The notes: a model not told the origin generated them from the sequence alone. Shown: positions 9,867 through 23,455, counted from the stretch's first letter. The stretch: 64,000 bases of DNA from Adineta vaga (GCA_021613535.1 CP075492.1:16430001-16494000); one strand, 5' to 3'. Made by a program: numbers and translations.

Positions 9867-12800
9867 ATGAAGATTTGGACATTGTTTTGTTTTATGTTCG
9901 TCAAACAAATTTTAGGTAATTTGCGATTTGATTTTCACGCGACTTATTGATTAGTTTTCATTTCAGCATTGCCATTCAATCAACCGAAATTTTGTTCGAA
10001 TTCAACTTGGAATAAGAATGGCATTACGTTTGCAAATCAAACCATTGTTGGAGAATATCCTCGTGCTATCTTTATCAATACAAATAATACAATTCATATT
10101 TCTCATCGACAAAATTATGAAATTTTAATTTGGTTTAATGAAAGTGAAAAACCTGCAAAAATTATTTCAGGAAATATATCAGATCCATATTCAATATTTA
10201 TCACAAATCTTGGTGATATTTTTCTTAATAATGGTGATGTCAATTTTCGAGTTGAACGCTGGATTATGAAGGATAACATTTTTGTCAATGTAATGAATAT
10301 CGAGTCATATTGTTATGGTTTGTTTGTCGATCAAAATAATACTTTATATTGTTCAATTCGAAATCGTCATAAAGTAGTGAAGAAATGGTTAAATGATGTT
10401 GAATTAACATCAACAATTATTGCTGGAAATAATATTGCAGGTTTTGCTTCAAATCAATTATCTTCTCCTTATGGAATATTTGTTGATGATAATTTTGATT
10501 TATATGTAGCAGATTTTGGAAATGATCGTATTCAACAATTTCAATTTGGACAATTAAATGGAAAAACAATAATAGGAAATGGATCTATTCATTATACTAT
10601 TGCACTTACTCGGCCAACTTGGATTGTTTTAGATATTGATAAATATCTTTTTATTGTCGATCATGGAAATAATCGTATAATTGGTTCAAATCAAAATGGT
10701 TTTCGATGTTTAGTTGGATGTGATGGAGAAGGTTCACAATCTCATCAATTATTAGATTCATATAGTTTTAGTTTTGATTCTCATGGAAATATGTTTGTTA
10801 GTGATCAACGTAATCATCGAATTCAAAAGTTTCTTTTTGAAAAAGAATCTTGTTGTAAATTAAAATAAAATCAAGAATATTCAATTGCTATTGTATTTTT
10901 TTTAATCTTTTTAGATTCAACAAATGCTCTTTTAACACGTGGTACAACGGATCATCAAGGTTTGTTCTCTATGAATATCATTAATGAATAAAACTTGATA
11001 TCATTTTTCTAGATAAAACAACTCTTTTACCGGAAACAACACAAAATCTACAAAGTAAATTGAATGAGATTACGAGAAAGGATCCGTAACATAGTACTTT
11101 TTTTTATATCGTCAGAATACCTCAGTAGAAGAATTAAAAGCATACAGAATTGATTTAGAACGATTTTTCTCATCATACTTTCACTCTGACTGTTTTCATT
11201 CCAGAAAATAGTATAGCTTTCATGGATAAGACTTAATTCCTTTGTTCTATAACTATTGAGGCAATTTTTCGTAAAAAATAATCTATGAATCTTTTTACGT
11301 TTATGCAAATTTTTCAAATATCTCAGTAAATAGATAAATTTCAATGAATAAAAAATTATTTCATTTCAGACGTTAATTTTAATCAACCAAAATTTTGTCC
11401 AAATGCAACTTGGAATAAATCTGGAATTACTTTTGCAAATCAAACCATTGTTGGAAGGAATCCTCTCGCCCTTTTTATCAATACAAATAATACAATTTAT
11501 GTTGTTAATAAAGATAAAAATGAAATTTTAATATGGTTTAATCAAAATTCAAATCCAACAAAAAATATTATAGGAAATTTTTCATTTCCACGATCCATCT
11601 TTGTGACAAAACTTGGAGATATTTTTATTGATAATGGTGATAAGTATCGTCGAGTTAACCAATGGATTTCAAAGAATAATACTTTTATTGATGCAATGAA
11701 TGTTGATTCGATATGTTTTGGTTTGTTTGTTGATCGAAATAATACTTTATATTGTTCAATGAGAGATAAGAATAAAATAGTGAAAAAGCAATTAAATGAT
11801 CAAACAATAACACCAATAGTTGTCGCTGGAAATGGTACTAATGGATCTGCTCCAAATCAACTTCATAGTCCTTATGAAATTATTGTTGATGATAATTTTG
11901 ATTTATATGTAGCAGACTGTGGAAATCATCGCATTCAACTATTTGAATATGGAAAATCCGATGGAATAACAAAAGCAGGAAAAGGCTCTGCTACATTTAC
12001 ACTTACACTTCTCTGGCCAGCTGGAATATTTTTAGATGGAAATAAGTATCTCTTTATTGTAGATCGTGATTATCATCGTATAATTGGATCAGATGAAAAT
12101 GGTTATCGATGTTTAGTTGGATGTGATGGAGAGGGTTCACAATCTTATCAATTATCATGGCCACGGACTCTTAGTTTCGATGTTGATGGAAATATGTTGG
12201 TTAGTGATTATAACAATCATCGAATTCAAAAGTTTCTTTTTGAAAAAGAATCATGTGGTAAGTCAAAATTTAATTAAAGGAAAAAGATAAATGAATTAAA
12301 ATATTTCGTTTTTATTATTTTTATAGATAAAACAACATTGATTCGAACAACAAATCAAATTGAACAAAGTTCGTTAAATTTAAGGAAATAATTTGTAAAT
12401 TCATTTGTAATTTTTTTAGATGAAATAACAACAATTGAAAGTACATTACAAAGTCAACAAGGTTCGTATTGAAATAATTTTCTTTAGAGATAAATTTTAT
12501 GTTTTAAAAATGAAAGATAAAACAACTGTATTTTCAAAAACGGAACAAATCTTAACAACTTCTCTTAAGAATGAAGGTAAAAATTTCATTAAATTATTGG
12601 AAATACAAAAATATTTTTAATCCATGACAGGATTTTTCGTAAATCGACCACACTTTTGTTCGAATGCAACTTGGAATAAAAATGCAATTACATTTGCTAA
12701 TCAAAGCCTTATTGGAATAAATCTTGTTGCTTTTTTTGTCGATACAAATAACATCATTTATGTTGCTAATAATGAAAAAAAAGAACTTTTAATTTGGTTG

Positions 12801-15800
12801 AATCAAAGTTCAAATCCAATAAAAATTAACTTAGAAAATGTTTCAAGTCCATATTCCATCTTTGCAATAGAACACGGTGATATTATTATTGGTAATAGTG
12901 ATCAGTATCATCCAGTTCTTAAATGGATTTCAAAAACGAATACTTTTGTCAATATAATGAATGTTGATTCACAATGTCGAAATCTATTTGTTGATCAAAA
13001 TAATTTCTTATATTGTTCAATGAGATACATTCATAAAGTAGTGAAAAAATGGTTAAATGATCTTAAAATGAATACAACAATTGTTGCTGGAAATGGTACT
13101 CAAGGTTCTGCATCGAATCAACTTGATACTCCATACGGAATCTTTATTGATGTGAATTATGATTTATATGTTGCAGATTCAAAAAATAATCGTATTCAAC
13201 TATTTCAATTTGGACAATCAAATGGAATAACAATAGCCGGAGATACTTCTATTAATATTACAATTACACTTTATCAACCAATAGGAATTATTTTAGATTT
13301 AAGAGGATATCTTTTTATTGCGGATAATGGACGTGGACGTATAATTGGATCAGATCAATATGGTTTTCGATGTTTGGTTGGATGTAATGGAAAAGGTTCA
13401 CAATCTCATCAATTATCCAATCCAAATAATCTTTATTTTGATCGTGATGGAAATATATTTGTTAGTGATTTCAGCGATCATCGAATTCAAAAATTTCTTT
13501 TTGTAAAAGATTCATGTTGTAAGTATTTTTATTTCAAATATTTTTTTTCTCATTTCATTTCTCTTTTTGTTTCTAATAAAATAGATTCTTCGTTAAAAGA
13601 ATGTCAAATTCCACTAATTCGTTTAATTCCTCACTCAACTTATTCATCGCCAATTCAAATACGTCGAAATCGTGATTTTTATATTTTATCAATCATTAAA
13701 TTAAATTGTTCAAAATCTTTTCAAATTAAATCTCAATGGTTTATTCGAAATGGTACAAATCAATTAGATTTTCCTTCAATTAAAACGCATTTCAATGAAC
13801 TATACATTCCATCAACAATACTTCCATATGGAATTTATCAATTTACTCTTCATATTCAAATGATTGATTATCCAACTATTCAAGCATCAGAATCCGTTTA
13901 TATTCAAGTTAATCCAACAGGTATTACGGCAAATCTTGTTCCATTAGGAACATCAATGATTACGTCAGGTCATCAACAAAATCTTCATTTAAATCCAGGA
14001 AATTATTCCAATGATCCTGATGGTTATCCATTTAATTCAACAGTCAGTTTCTTCTTCTCCAAATATTTCGTTTTATTCAATTCTCTCTCTTCCTTCTATT
14101 AGGATTGGATTTATCAATATTACTGTCGAATCTATGATATTCATAATGAATTTCTAACAGATTTATCATGTCTATCAAAATATGAATATGATGGAATGAA
14201 ATATCCAAAAGAATCTTCGATCACAATTTTTGCTGAATCATTACAACTCGGAGAAACTTATCAATTTATGGTTCAAATGAATAACCGAAGAAATTTAACA
14301 ATTTATGCAACAGGTTATGTTCTTGTTCAAATTAAAGATTTACAAAAACCAATGATTATCATCGGGTAAATTCAATAAAAAAATCTTTCAATATTATTCT
14401 TATCTTTATATTTTAGATGTGTTATTTCCACACTTTGTTCATCAAATCTTGAATATCAATTTATAAATCCGACCACACAGGTTGCTTTATATTCATATTG
14501 TTATAGAAACTGTCCTTCAAATGAAATAATTCAATGGAACATTTATTATCGATCATCAAATTCAACCGAATGGATTTTATTTCCCGAGATGAATTCTTCT
14601 TCATGGTTTTATGGTAAGATTATCATTATTTTGAAAATAAGACTTATTTTTTCATTTGAAAGGACAAAATACAAAGAATTTCACGGCTACAAATGATTTA
14701 TTTTTAAATTATCCTCAAGAAATTTATTGGCGATTTGAAGTGATTTATTTATTTGAGAATGAAACAAGTATCAGTGCATTAAATTTTCAAATTAAACCAA
14801 AACCTTCCAATGGAACTTGTTCAATTGATCCAATAAATGGAACAATTGAAACACTTTTTCAAATTAATTGTATTGATTGGCAAATTAAAGATGATATTAT
14901 AGATTATTCATTATATTGGTTAAATGATTCAACAAAACGAATAATCATTGCATTTTCACCTGTAGCGAATTTTACCGTTCGATTACCAAGTGGAAATCTT
15001 AATCTTGTCGTTCAAATTCGTGATTTGATGAATTCAATTACTGAATTTAATATTTCAACATCTATTTTCGTTGCATCAAAACCTATAAACAATTTACAAA
15101 CTGAATTATTTCAAAGTAAAGATCAAAATTCTATTGGACAAATTATTAGTTCAATTTCACAAGAATTAAATCAAATTTCTAATGAAAATCTTCAGAAAGC
15201 AATGCGAAGTAACGTCCTAAACTTCTTTCTTCAATAAAATCTTCTCGTTGTTTTTTATTTAGATGGAATTCAACCGACACAAATTTCTATTTCAACATTA
15301 GGACAAAATCGAACTTCTTTTATCAAGAATTTTATTTCAAATCAATCTGCATTGAATGAATTCAATAAACAACTTAATTTTCAAGGAAAATTTCGAGAGA
15401 TTTTAAGTGAATTTACAATGAATCTTCCTGTAATGACAATTGATAGTATCAAATTACAATTATCAACACTAATTCAACTTAGTGAATCAACAAATGAATT
15501 AACAAGAAAAACTCTTGAAATTATTTCAAATAAATGTTATCAATTAGCAAAAGATCTTCATTCATTTTCAACGAAAATTCCCTATGAAGATATTCAAATC
15601 ACAGGTCAACAACTTCTTCAATGTGCTGCAAATGTTTTGACCGTAATTAACAAAATAAACTTTCCATTCATTAATCTTCTTTATGAATATCATAGGTGTT
15701 AAATGGAGTGTTTTACAAGAACGAACAAATGTTTTAAAATCAGATTTTGATAGTTCAACAAAACACCTGATGATTATGATACTAATTTAGATTCTGATTG

Positions 15801-16817
15801 GTCAAATTTAAGTATGAAATCATTTCATCTTTCTTTCTATAATAAAATCTTTCTCTTTTAGAATTATTTATTAATAAAAATCGTAATCGATTTTATCAAG
15901 AAAAATTAGCAAATGAAATCATGAGTAAAGCGAATCAGATCGTATCATTAGTTACTTCGTCGTTAAATGTTCACTTAAATATCGGACAAAAGATGATCAT
16001 CAATACATTACAAATATTTGTTTCATTCGAAACAATTTCAGTCGAATCACTTTTTAAAAAAGCAATAAAACAAGTTGGAGGAGCTGAAATTTATCTTTCA
16101 TCAAATCTAACATCATCATTTAACAAGAATTCAATCGTTTCTCTTCGAACAATGATGGAACGATTAGCTGTTTATGATAAAAACTCAAATACAAATCTTT
16201 CTACAATGATTTCCGTAACAATTCTTGATCAGAATGGAAATGAAATTCCATTTGTAACAACAAAACAAAATCCAATTCGACTAATAATTCCACGAGATTC
16301 AAATTTTATTATTCCACCAATGAACTATCATAATGTTTCATTATTAAATTCAACTTCACATAATCAAACATTTCATTATCATTTTGTTAATATAACATCT
16401 TATTTACCAATTTCAATACATATTGAATTTGAACCATTGAATTTCAATTTATCTTACTTAATGGTTTATAAATTTGATCAATTTCCACAGTTGAATAGTT
16501 CAATTAATCAAATGGATGGATGGAAATTATTTCATTCATCGAAAGAGAAGAAAACCCATCTTCTTTTTCTTGATAATCAACAAACAATTGGTCATCAAAC
16601 ATTAATCTTTGGTTTACGAGAAATAAATTCATCAAACAACAATACTCTTCCAATTCCAACTGAACCTGTTCATTTCACATCAGATTACCGATTGAGAATT
16701 TATACATCAGGTTGTTATTATCTTAATGAACAAAATCAATGGAAATCTGATGGATTAATAGTTGGATCAAATACAAATCATTATGAAACAGAATGTTTTT
16801 CAACACATTTAGGGTGA
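9867..16817 (+). CDS. Polycystin-1-like ectodomain gene: signal peptide, three NHL beta-propellers, REJ region, GAIN/GPS (multi-exon; possibly pseudogenised)
   Basis: Signal exon 9867-9915 (MKIWTLFCFMFVKQIL) splices in frame to 9967. NHL units at ~9967-10854, ~11370-12258 and ~12631-13518 (LYVADxxNxRIQ). REJ exons from ~13584 (P.NGTCSI.P..G). GPS motif CYYLNEQNQWKSDG...TECFSTHL. The exon at 15696-15811 appears to carry two frameshifts. Confidence 0.8.
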
Positions 16818-16862
16818 GGGTGAGGGTATTTCTATCTTCTGTCACCCACATCCACACCCTCA
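16811..16862. repeat. Telomere-hexamer palindrome (GGGTGA x3 ... CACCCACATCCACACCCTCA)
   Basis: Inverted TGAGGG/TGTGGG-like arms around a ~15 nt spacer, placed right after the GPS His-Leu codons. Confidence 0.8.
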
Positions 16863-17660
16863 TTTTTCCAAGTATATTATTGATTCAATTATTCCGTCGT
16901 CTTCAATCTCGTCATCAACGAATTTCACCATTTAGAAATCTTCTTTATTATTGTACGCGCAATCTCTATTTATCTATTGCTTTTTATCACTTTTATCCAT
17001 TATTGTTTATTCAAATTATAATGAAAATGCATCATTACAAGTTCAATATCTTCGTAAAACATTTCCACAATTGAACATTCTATCAATTCCAAGGATATAT
17101 TTATGGATTTCGTGATTCATTAAAAGAACTTCGAAATAATCTTTCTGAACTTCATTAATTCGGATGGATTGATCAACAAACACGTCTTGTTCAAACACAA
17201 ATGTCATTTTATAATCCAAATATTGAATTATTTACATTTGTGACTATTCGGAGAGTATTTCTTTCAATTTTGGTCAACGATTGAATTAGGTTTAATTATT
17301 TGTTCGATTTCATCAATTGGAATTTATTTTACTCGACATAAAAACTGCAAAAGATATCGGCAAGCTATTTCATGAAAGTCAAGGTGATGTTTATATTAAT
17401 TTACAAGATTCCGTTGATTTAAATGCTCTTCTAACATATTCTAATGGTTTTTGTTGTTTTTTTGGTACAATTAAATTTCTTTATTTATGTCCATATAATC
17501 AATCTAGACAGGTAAAATATATAACGATTAAGTTGTCTTTCGTATGATTGTTTTGTTTTGATTACGAAAACGATCAGAATGGGAATTACAAGAAAATGCG
17601 TGGAGAATATTTAGATACAATGGATGCATTAACATTGAAAACTAAACAATTAGTAGATTA
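16863..17660 (+). pseudogene. Deleted and degraded polycystin transmembrane/channel remnants
   Basis: FPSILLIQLFRR TM fragment; LSELH*FGWIDQQTRLV...FYNPNIELF polycystin motif with an in-frame TAA; GFCCFFGTIKFL S4-like segment. TM1 and PLAT regions are absent. Confidence 0.75.
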
Positions 17661-17959
17661 AATCAATCAAGTAACGTATTTTCATTTTTATTTCTATTTC
17701 TATTTCTTTAAATATTTTCTTTATTTATATGTATTTTAATTAACAAAATACTTAATTATTTGTATTATGAATTAAAGCTTTTGATGTTCTTTAAATAAAT
17801 TGAATCGAAAGAATGTGTCATGATTTATCAAAAATTAAAGATCTTTAAAAAAATGTTTTTCATTTATTTTTTTTATCATTTTGACAATTACATATACAAT
17901 TTTCCATCATTATCTGCCATGACAAATATCTACTGGTGTAGTGACGCTATAGTTCAAAA

Positions 17960-18650
17960 ATATCCACACTTTCAAGATCAGTAAAGTACATTTTTTTACC
18001 ACCATAAGCACAATTCCAACATTCGATAGTCGATATTAAAGCTATCAAGTAATTTTCTATTATCAATCATTGTTTTCAATGGTTCAATCATCACCGTTGA
18101 TCACTATCAATGAGGAAAGATGACTGTTATTAATTCTGTTTGACAATAAAGTTCGTACAAATGATATGAGATCTATCTTTATGTTCAGAATCTGGAGAGA
18201 TTCCATTCGAGGAAAAAGTTTATTCATCAGTTGAACAATGACAAGTGGAAATTTATCATTAATTTGTATATTCTTCATATTATTATTGCATTCCAAATCA
18301 ATTGTATTAGTTTGTTGATTTGACGATACTTCCATAAATTCAAATGATGATTGTACATCAAGAATTAATTTTTGAACATTAGACATATGATTAAGAAGTT
18401 TAATAAAACAGTTCAACCATTGGTCATTAAATGAAATATTTAAATAAGTAATATTTGTTAATATCGTTCGTATCATTATCTTTAAGTTCCAATTCATTTA
18501 CACGAGGAAATTGAAATGGAAAATCGGCAACAGCATTTCGATTTCTGATCATAATTCGTGGTTTGATAGATAAATTGAAGATTGGAAATTGGAAGGAACA
18601 TATATTATTATTTAAAAATTCATCAGTTTGACAAAATTTTAGCCTAAAAT
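17960..18650 (-). pseudogene. 3' fragment of a rotifer-type F-box/LRR-like gene
   Basis: Frameshifted ORFs 18427-18738 and 18084-18497 (FQFPRVNEL, ITYLNI, LFPRMESLQI), ending in LELCLW; no 5' portion visible. Confidence 0.5.
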
Positions 18651-18702
18651 AAAAAAGAATACCTATTTTACAAGAAATATTTTCTTTCATTGAATGCATA
18701 CC

Positions 18703-18778
18703 TGAAGGTGTGGGTGTGTATGAGGGTGGATATATCATAATGCTTGACTCAAACCCACACCCACACCCACACCCTCAA
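18703..18778. repeat. Telomere-hexamer palindrome
   Basis: TGAAGGTGTGGGTGTG...ACCCACACCCACACCCACACCCTCAA. Confidence 0.8.
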
Positions 18779-20473
18779 ATCAATCTATGACACCCGATTA
18801 TTGCCTTTCGAAGAAAAGCCACTGAGTCACCTTTTTTCTTTCAAGCGAAAACTGAAACAAGAAAACGTTATCATTGTATCTTATCTCCAAATTATACAAA
18901 GAGTGTTAGAAATAATGAAAGCAAAACATTATTCATCAGCCATGAGTCATGACTCCTGTATCATAAAACGGGTAATTTTTTCTGAAGATCTTCTCTTTTA
19001 AATAGCTGATGTTTTTCATTATATTCTTCATTCTATCACAAAAAGAACATATTAAAAGGTAAGTTTTTATCAAACGTTCTCTTTTTGAAGGCGCTTTACT
19101 AGGAAGCCGTGCGTTACATTTTCTCGGACTGACTCTCAGTCCGGATCAATTGATTCACGTCTCGTTCAGCGGATAGACATTCAAAATTTTTTCTCGATAA
19201 CATATAGTACTTCTAATGCACATGACTGAATAGAGCATCAAGATATTAGTTATCTATTGGCTATTCTCATGAAAAGTCTGCAGAAAATTATGTTTTGTTG
19301 GCTTCCTCAACTAGTTCTATTCACATTCGAGATCAAATATAAACCGGATGCGAAGTTAAATGTAGATAGATATCATAATCGGATTTCGAATTTAAGTTCG
19401 GACTTGCAAAAAATAGTTTGAACTGAATACCGAACCTTTTTACCGTTCAATGTTCCCTATTTTAATGACTTTTTGATCGGGTGCGAATTATGAATGTATT
19501 CATGACAGTGAATTATCGATCCAACACCACCGTTCCACCTTTATGCATGCCAGATTCCGTTCTCGAGAACCTTCAATCCACCTCCCAATCTATTTTTATG
19601 CATTTTGAAATACAACGAAATATCTAAATAGCCTTTTATTACCTTCTTACAAAAACTTGGTGGTAGGCTTCCGATTTTCTGAAACGAGTTGATGAAGAAT
19701 TTGATTTTGTGAAAAATTACAAATGCTTACACCTCTATACAATCATGAGCTACAAGTGTTAGGTATCAAGATATAAGAAAGCAGTATAAAGATATAGAGG
19801 TATAATAAAAAAAGGATGAAAGGTATACAACCATTAACAATCTAGTTAATCTTGAAGACACTCTATTCACTCATGTTTTCAGATATTTAAAGAGTACTTA
19901 TCATATCCGCATAACAGATCACTGCGAAGATACTGGACTCAACCGCATCATTAAGATTCTGCCAGGTCAATTATCATATTCATGTGTTCCGGGTACCTTT
20001 AAAATACTAGCTTTACCCCGCATCCTCAAGAGAGTTAGTTTATAACCACTTTCCTTCAATATGAAATCAGGTGCACCGAAATCCAATTCGATGAATATGA
20101 CTTGTAACTATTTGGAAAACTCACTCGAGTATCTAAACATCTTTTCTAAACGAGATATTTAAGCATCTGAAAAAGTATTATGTATTGAACATCTCGTTTC
20201 GTATTAAAACCACAGTCAACAAACAACGTATGTCCATTTTTGTCGCATCATAGTTCAGTTTGAGAACAAAACAAAGAACATAATTGCGTGATATTAGAAT
20301 TGAAGTAATAGGTAGAACGGATCTTCCAAACTCCCGATGACCTTTGAGCCAATTCGATGATCGGTACAATCGCATATTTTTCAGATGAGAAAATTGTTTG
20401 TCAAATTCAAAAACAGGAATCTTACTCAATTACTTAAATTTTAGTTGTTATTTATTCGTCATACTTTTCAAAT

Positions 20474-21183
20474 ATGCAAGAAGAGCACAATCAAGCACCA
20501 CCCCAACAGGTATACTTCGATAGATACAATTCAGACGCTCCTATCAACTGGGACATCGGTCGACCGCAGTCCGCTGTGGAACGTCTTGTACGCAATGGTT
20601 TCTTTTGGGGTCGTGTGCTTGATGTTGGTTGTGGTCTTGGAGATAATGCTCGGTGCATCGCTCAACAACCAAAACCAAAAAGCCCTATCCAAGTTGTAGG
20701 CACTGATTTGGTAAAAAGTTAAAACTGTTTTTATACATTATTCGAATCTGAGTTTGTATCTAGGTGCCCAAGGCTATTGAAATGGCCAAGGAACGAACAA
20801 ATCCACATGATTTTCCTAATTTGACCTATATGGTTTTAGACGCACTCGCAGAAGATGAACAAATTGGATTGGGACAATTCGATTTCGTACTTGACTCATG
20901 TCTCTTCCATGGATTGTCCGATGAACATAGACAAATATACATACGTCAACTTCGTCGTTGGTTGAAACCACAAGGCATTCACGTACAATTAGCATGGAGT
21001 GAAAAGGAAACATTGGATCGACCACGAGGTCCACGAAAGATTACTAAAGCTGAACTCGAGCAACTGTTCTCTGTCCACAATGGATGGCAAATCGAGAGTA
21101 TTACCGATGAAATCATCGATAATATACCTCAGATCATGGGCGGACGTTCAGTTGCATATCTCTCAATAATCCGAAAACTATAA
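20474..21183 (+). CDS. Class I SAM-dependent methyltransferase (WDIGRPQ family, TPMT-like), 2 exons, 218 aa
   Basis: NWDIGRPQ, motif I VLDVGCGLG, FDFVLDSCLFH, LKPQG. Phase-0 GT-AG intron 20711-20763 joins ORFs 20474 and 20764. Confidence 0.92.
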
Positions 21184-21349
21184 AAACATTGTGCTTTTCC
21201 TTTTCAATTTTCCTTGTGTCTTCCATTATCTTGAGCAGCATCCGATTTTCAGTTTGTTTTCTTCTCTTTACATACATTTTACTTATCTAATACAATAATA
21301 ATATTGCGTAAGAGTTGTCTCCGAAATTGCAGTATTGTAAAGCTCATAC

Positions 21350-21438
21350 TGAGTGTGTGGGTGTAGGTATTTATCTTACCTACACGTTCGCCACACAATC
21401 ACTTTTATTCACACACACATGCTCACCCACACCCTCAA
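21350..21438. repeat. Telomere-hexamer palindrome between convergent 3' ends
   Basis: TGAGTGTGTGGGTGTAGG...CACCCACACCCTCAA. Confidence 0.75.
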
Positions 21439-21595
21439 GATATATTCAATCTTTACAGTATTATAATATTCCATATCAAAACCTCTGTTTTTACTTCACC
21501 GTAATCATGTGATCGAAAACAAAAAAAAAAGAAAGTGGGACATATATGTCCTATCGCCCATTAAAAAGTTATTATCTTGAAATCAACTGTGGTCT

Positions 21596-23160
21596 TCAGA
21601 GAGGTACAAATTGGAGGCAAATATTGGGTGCATAAGCCAATGGAATTTGTTTTCTAGGAATCTCATCAATGTTTTGATAGTTATCAATAGTTTGGACTCG
21701 ATAATCAAGCAGAATGCGAGCAATCAACAACTTATGTAGAGCTCTGACAAAGTATTCACCAAGACAACGGCGAGTTCGTCCATTACCAAAAGCATGAATA
21801 GCTTTGCGTTGTTTGGCATCTAGATGGCGAAAACGTTCAGGTCGAAAGACAAGTGGCTCATCCCAAATACCATCTCTACGATGCATTGAATGAGTATCAT
21901 AAATAACCATAGTATCTTTTGGAATAGATATACCAGCGATAGTCATTGCTTCACTAGTGAATTCTGGTGTATTCAGCATTTGAACGGGAAACATTCGTTG
22001 ACATTCATTTAAAATCCAATCGAGATATTCAATTGAATCAACATCATCTAATGTTACTGTTGATCGATCGGGTAGTTTATCCCAGAGAAGTTCTCGAGTA
22101 AATGTTTGCACATTCTGATTCATAGCAAGTAGGATGAGAGTGTAGGCAGCTGTAGCAGCAACGACATCGGTAGGAAAGAAAAGACTTTCAGTGAATGTAT
22201 CCATCAATTCTTCAAAAGTCACATCACATTTACCTTCAGCTTCCATTTGTATATATTGTGTAAGCATTGAATCATTAAATTGTTCCTTATCGTTTTTATT
22301 AGCTTCTAACTCTTCTTTATATTCCGACATTAACTTCCCAAGTAAACTTCCCCATTTGTGTCGAAAAGAGGCAATTTTCAAGCGTAATTTGTATGCTTCA
22401 GGTAAAATCCAACGTAATCCGCTTATATTAACCCAAAATGAACAGCAAGACAAAGTCATAAGATGATTCATTTCATCGACGAACGTACCAGTTCATTCAG
22501 ATATCGAGAACTTTTTCGGCCAAGATACATATAAGCACTAGCATCATGACCTAAAAGACTAAGCTCTTTGCCAATATCGACTAGTGTTTCATTATTAGTA
22601 AGATGACGCAATCGAATTATAAATTCATTAATAGCATTTTCGATTTGCATATGAAATCGACTGACATTTCTGGGTCCAAAACAAGCATGAAAGAATTTGC
22701 TAATACGATTTCGAGCTCGGTACGGTTTGAAACCGATTGCTTGTCCCATGATATGTAACAATGCCCAACTTAATTTGACTTCACGTTCGATTTTTGTTTC
22801 ATCATGATATTCCCAAAATTCACGAACAGCGTCTGGATGAGCAAGCATTAATGCTGGTCGAGGACCCACCCAAACCCGATAGACATATGGATTACCAAGT
22901 CGGTTACACAAACGCAATAAATCAAGTCCATCTTTACTTGACAATAGACCAGGCCAGTCGCCAAATGGAAAATAAAAGTTAGTGCCCAAGACTCCAGACC
23001 AATTGCCTGATCTAATCACACGCCACCGAAGAAAGAGACCAATAATGACCATGACATGGCCAATTATAAATACTTTTATCAGTAAACTTAAAAGATCTGT
23101 TCCTAAAAGAACATTTGCAACGATAAACATGATCGATAATCTAGAATCAAAGAGTTTCAT
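21596..23160 (-). CDS. Cytochrome P450 with atypical I-helix, intronless, one -1 frameshift near 22480
   Basis: N-terminal TM, YRVWVGPRP, ECQR (ExxR), PERF, heme motif FGNGRTRRCLG. ORFs 22468-23160 and 21596-22471 join as LVRxVDEMNHL if one base is restored. Confidence 0.9.
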
Positions 23161-23301
23161 ATATTATTTAGAGAATGATATTTTTAGTTGTTCATCTCCT
23201 TTATAGATTTCAAAAAAGATAATAAATGCGGAAACTTCGGATTTTATCCGAGAGTTATGTGTATTTCAAAAAGTGTATGAGCGATCTATGATAGATACAC
23301 A

Positions 23302-23455
23302 CAAGTAATACTCGTCGCGCCGACTTACTTTACCCTCGACTGCGGAGCAGAGGTATTTTTTGCGTATGCCAATAGCAAGACGGATAGATCTAGCAACTTT
23401 ATATGCAAGACAACTATTCAAATTTTTTCTCATCCATACCCACACCCACCCTCAA
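23302..23455 (+). repeat. ~150 bp element, copy 1 (inverted relative to 31135-31280), upstream of the first P450
   Basis: CCGACTTACTTTACCCTCGACTG...GTATTTT...TCTAGCAACTTTAT...CACCCACCCT aligns to the reverse complement of 31135-31280. Confidence 0.85.

Noticed and set aside
18703-18778. True telomere or long interstitial telomeric array
   Set aside because: Only 2-4 imperfect hexamers per arm in inverted arrangement; treated as a dispersed palindrome family.
22423-22489. GTACGT...TAAG 67 nt intron explaining the P450 break
   Set aside because: Splicing it would not restore the frame and would delete plausible helix sequence.
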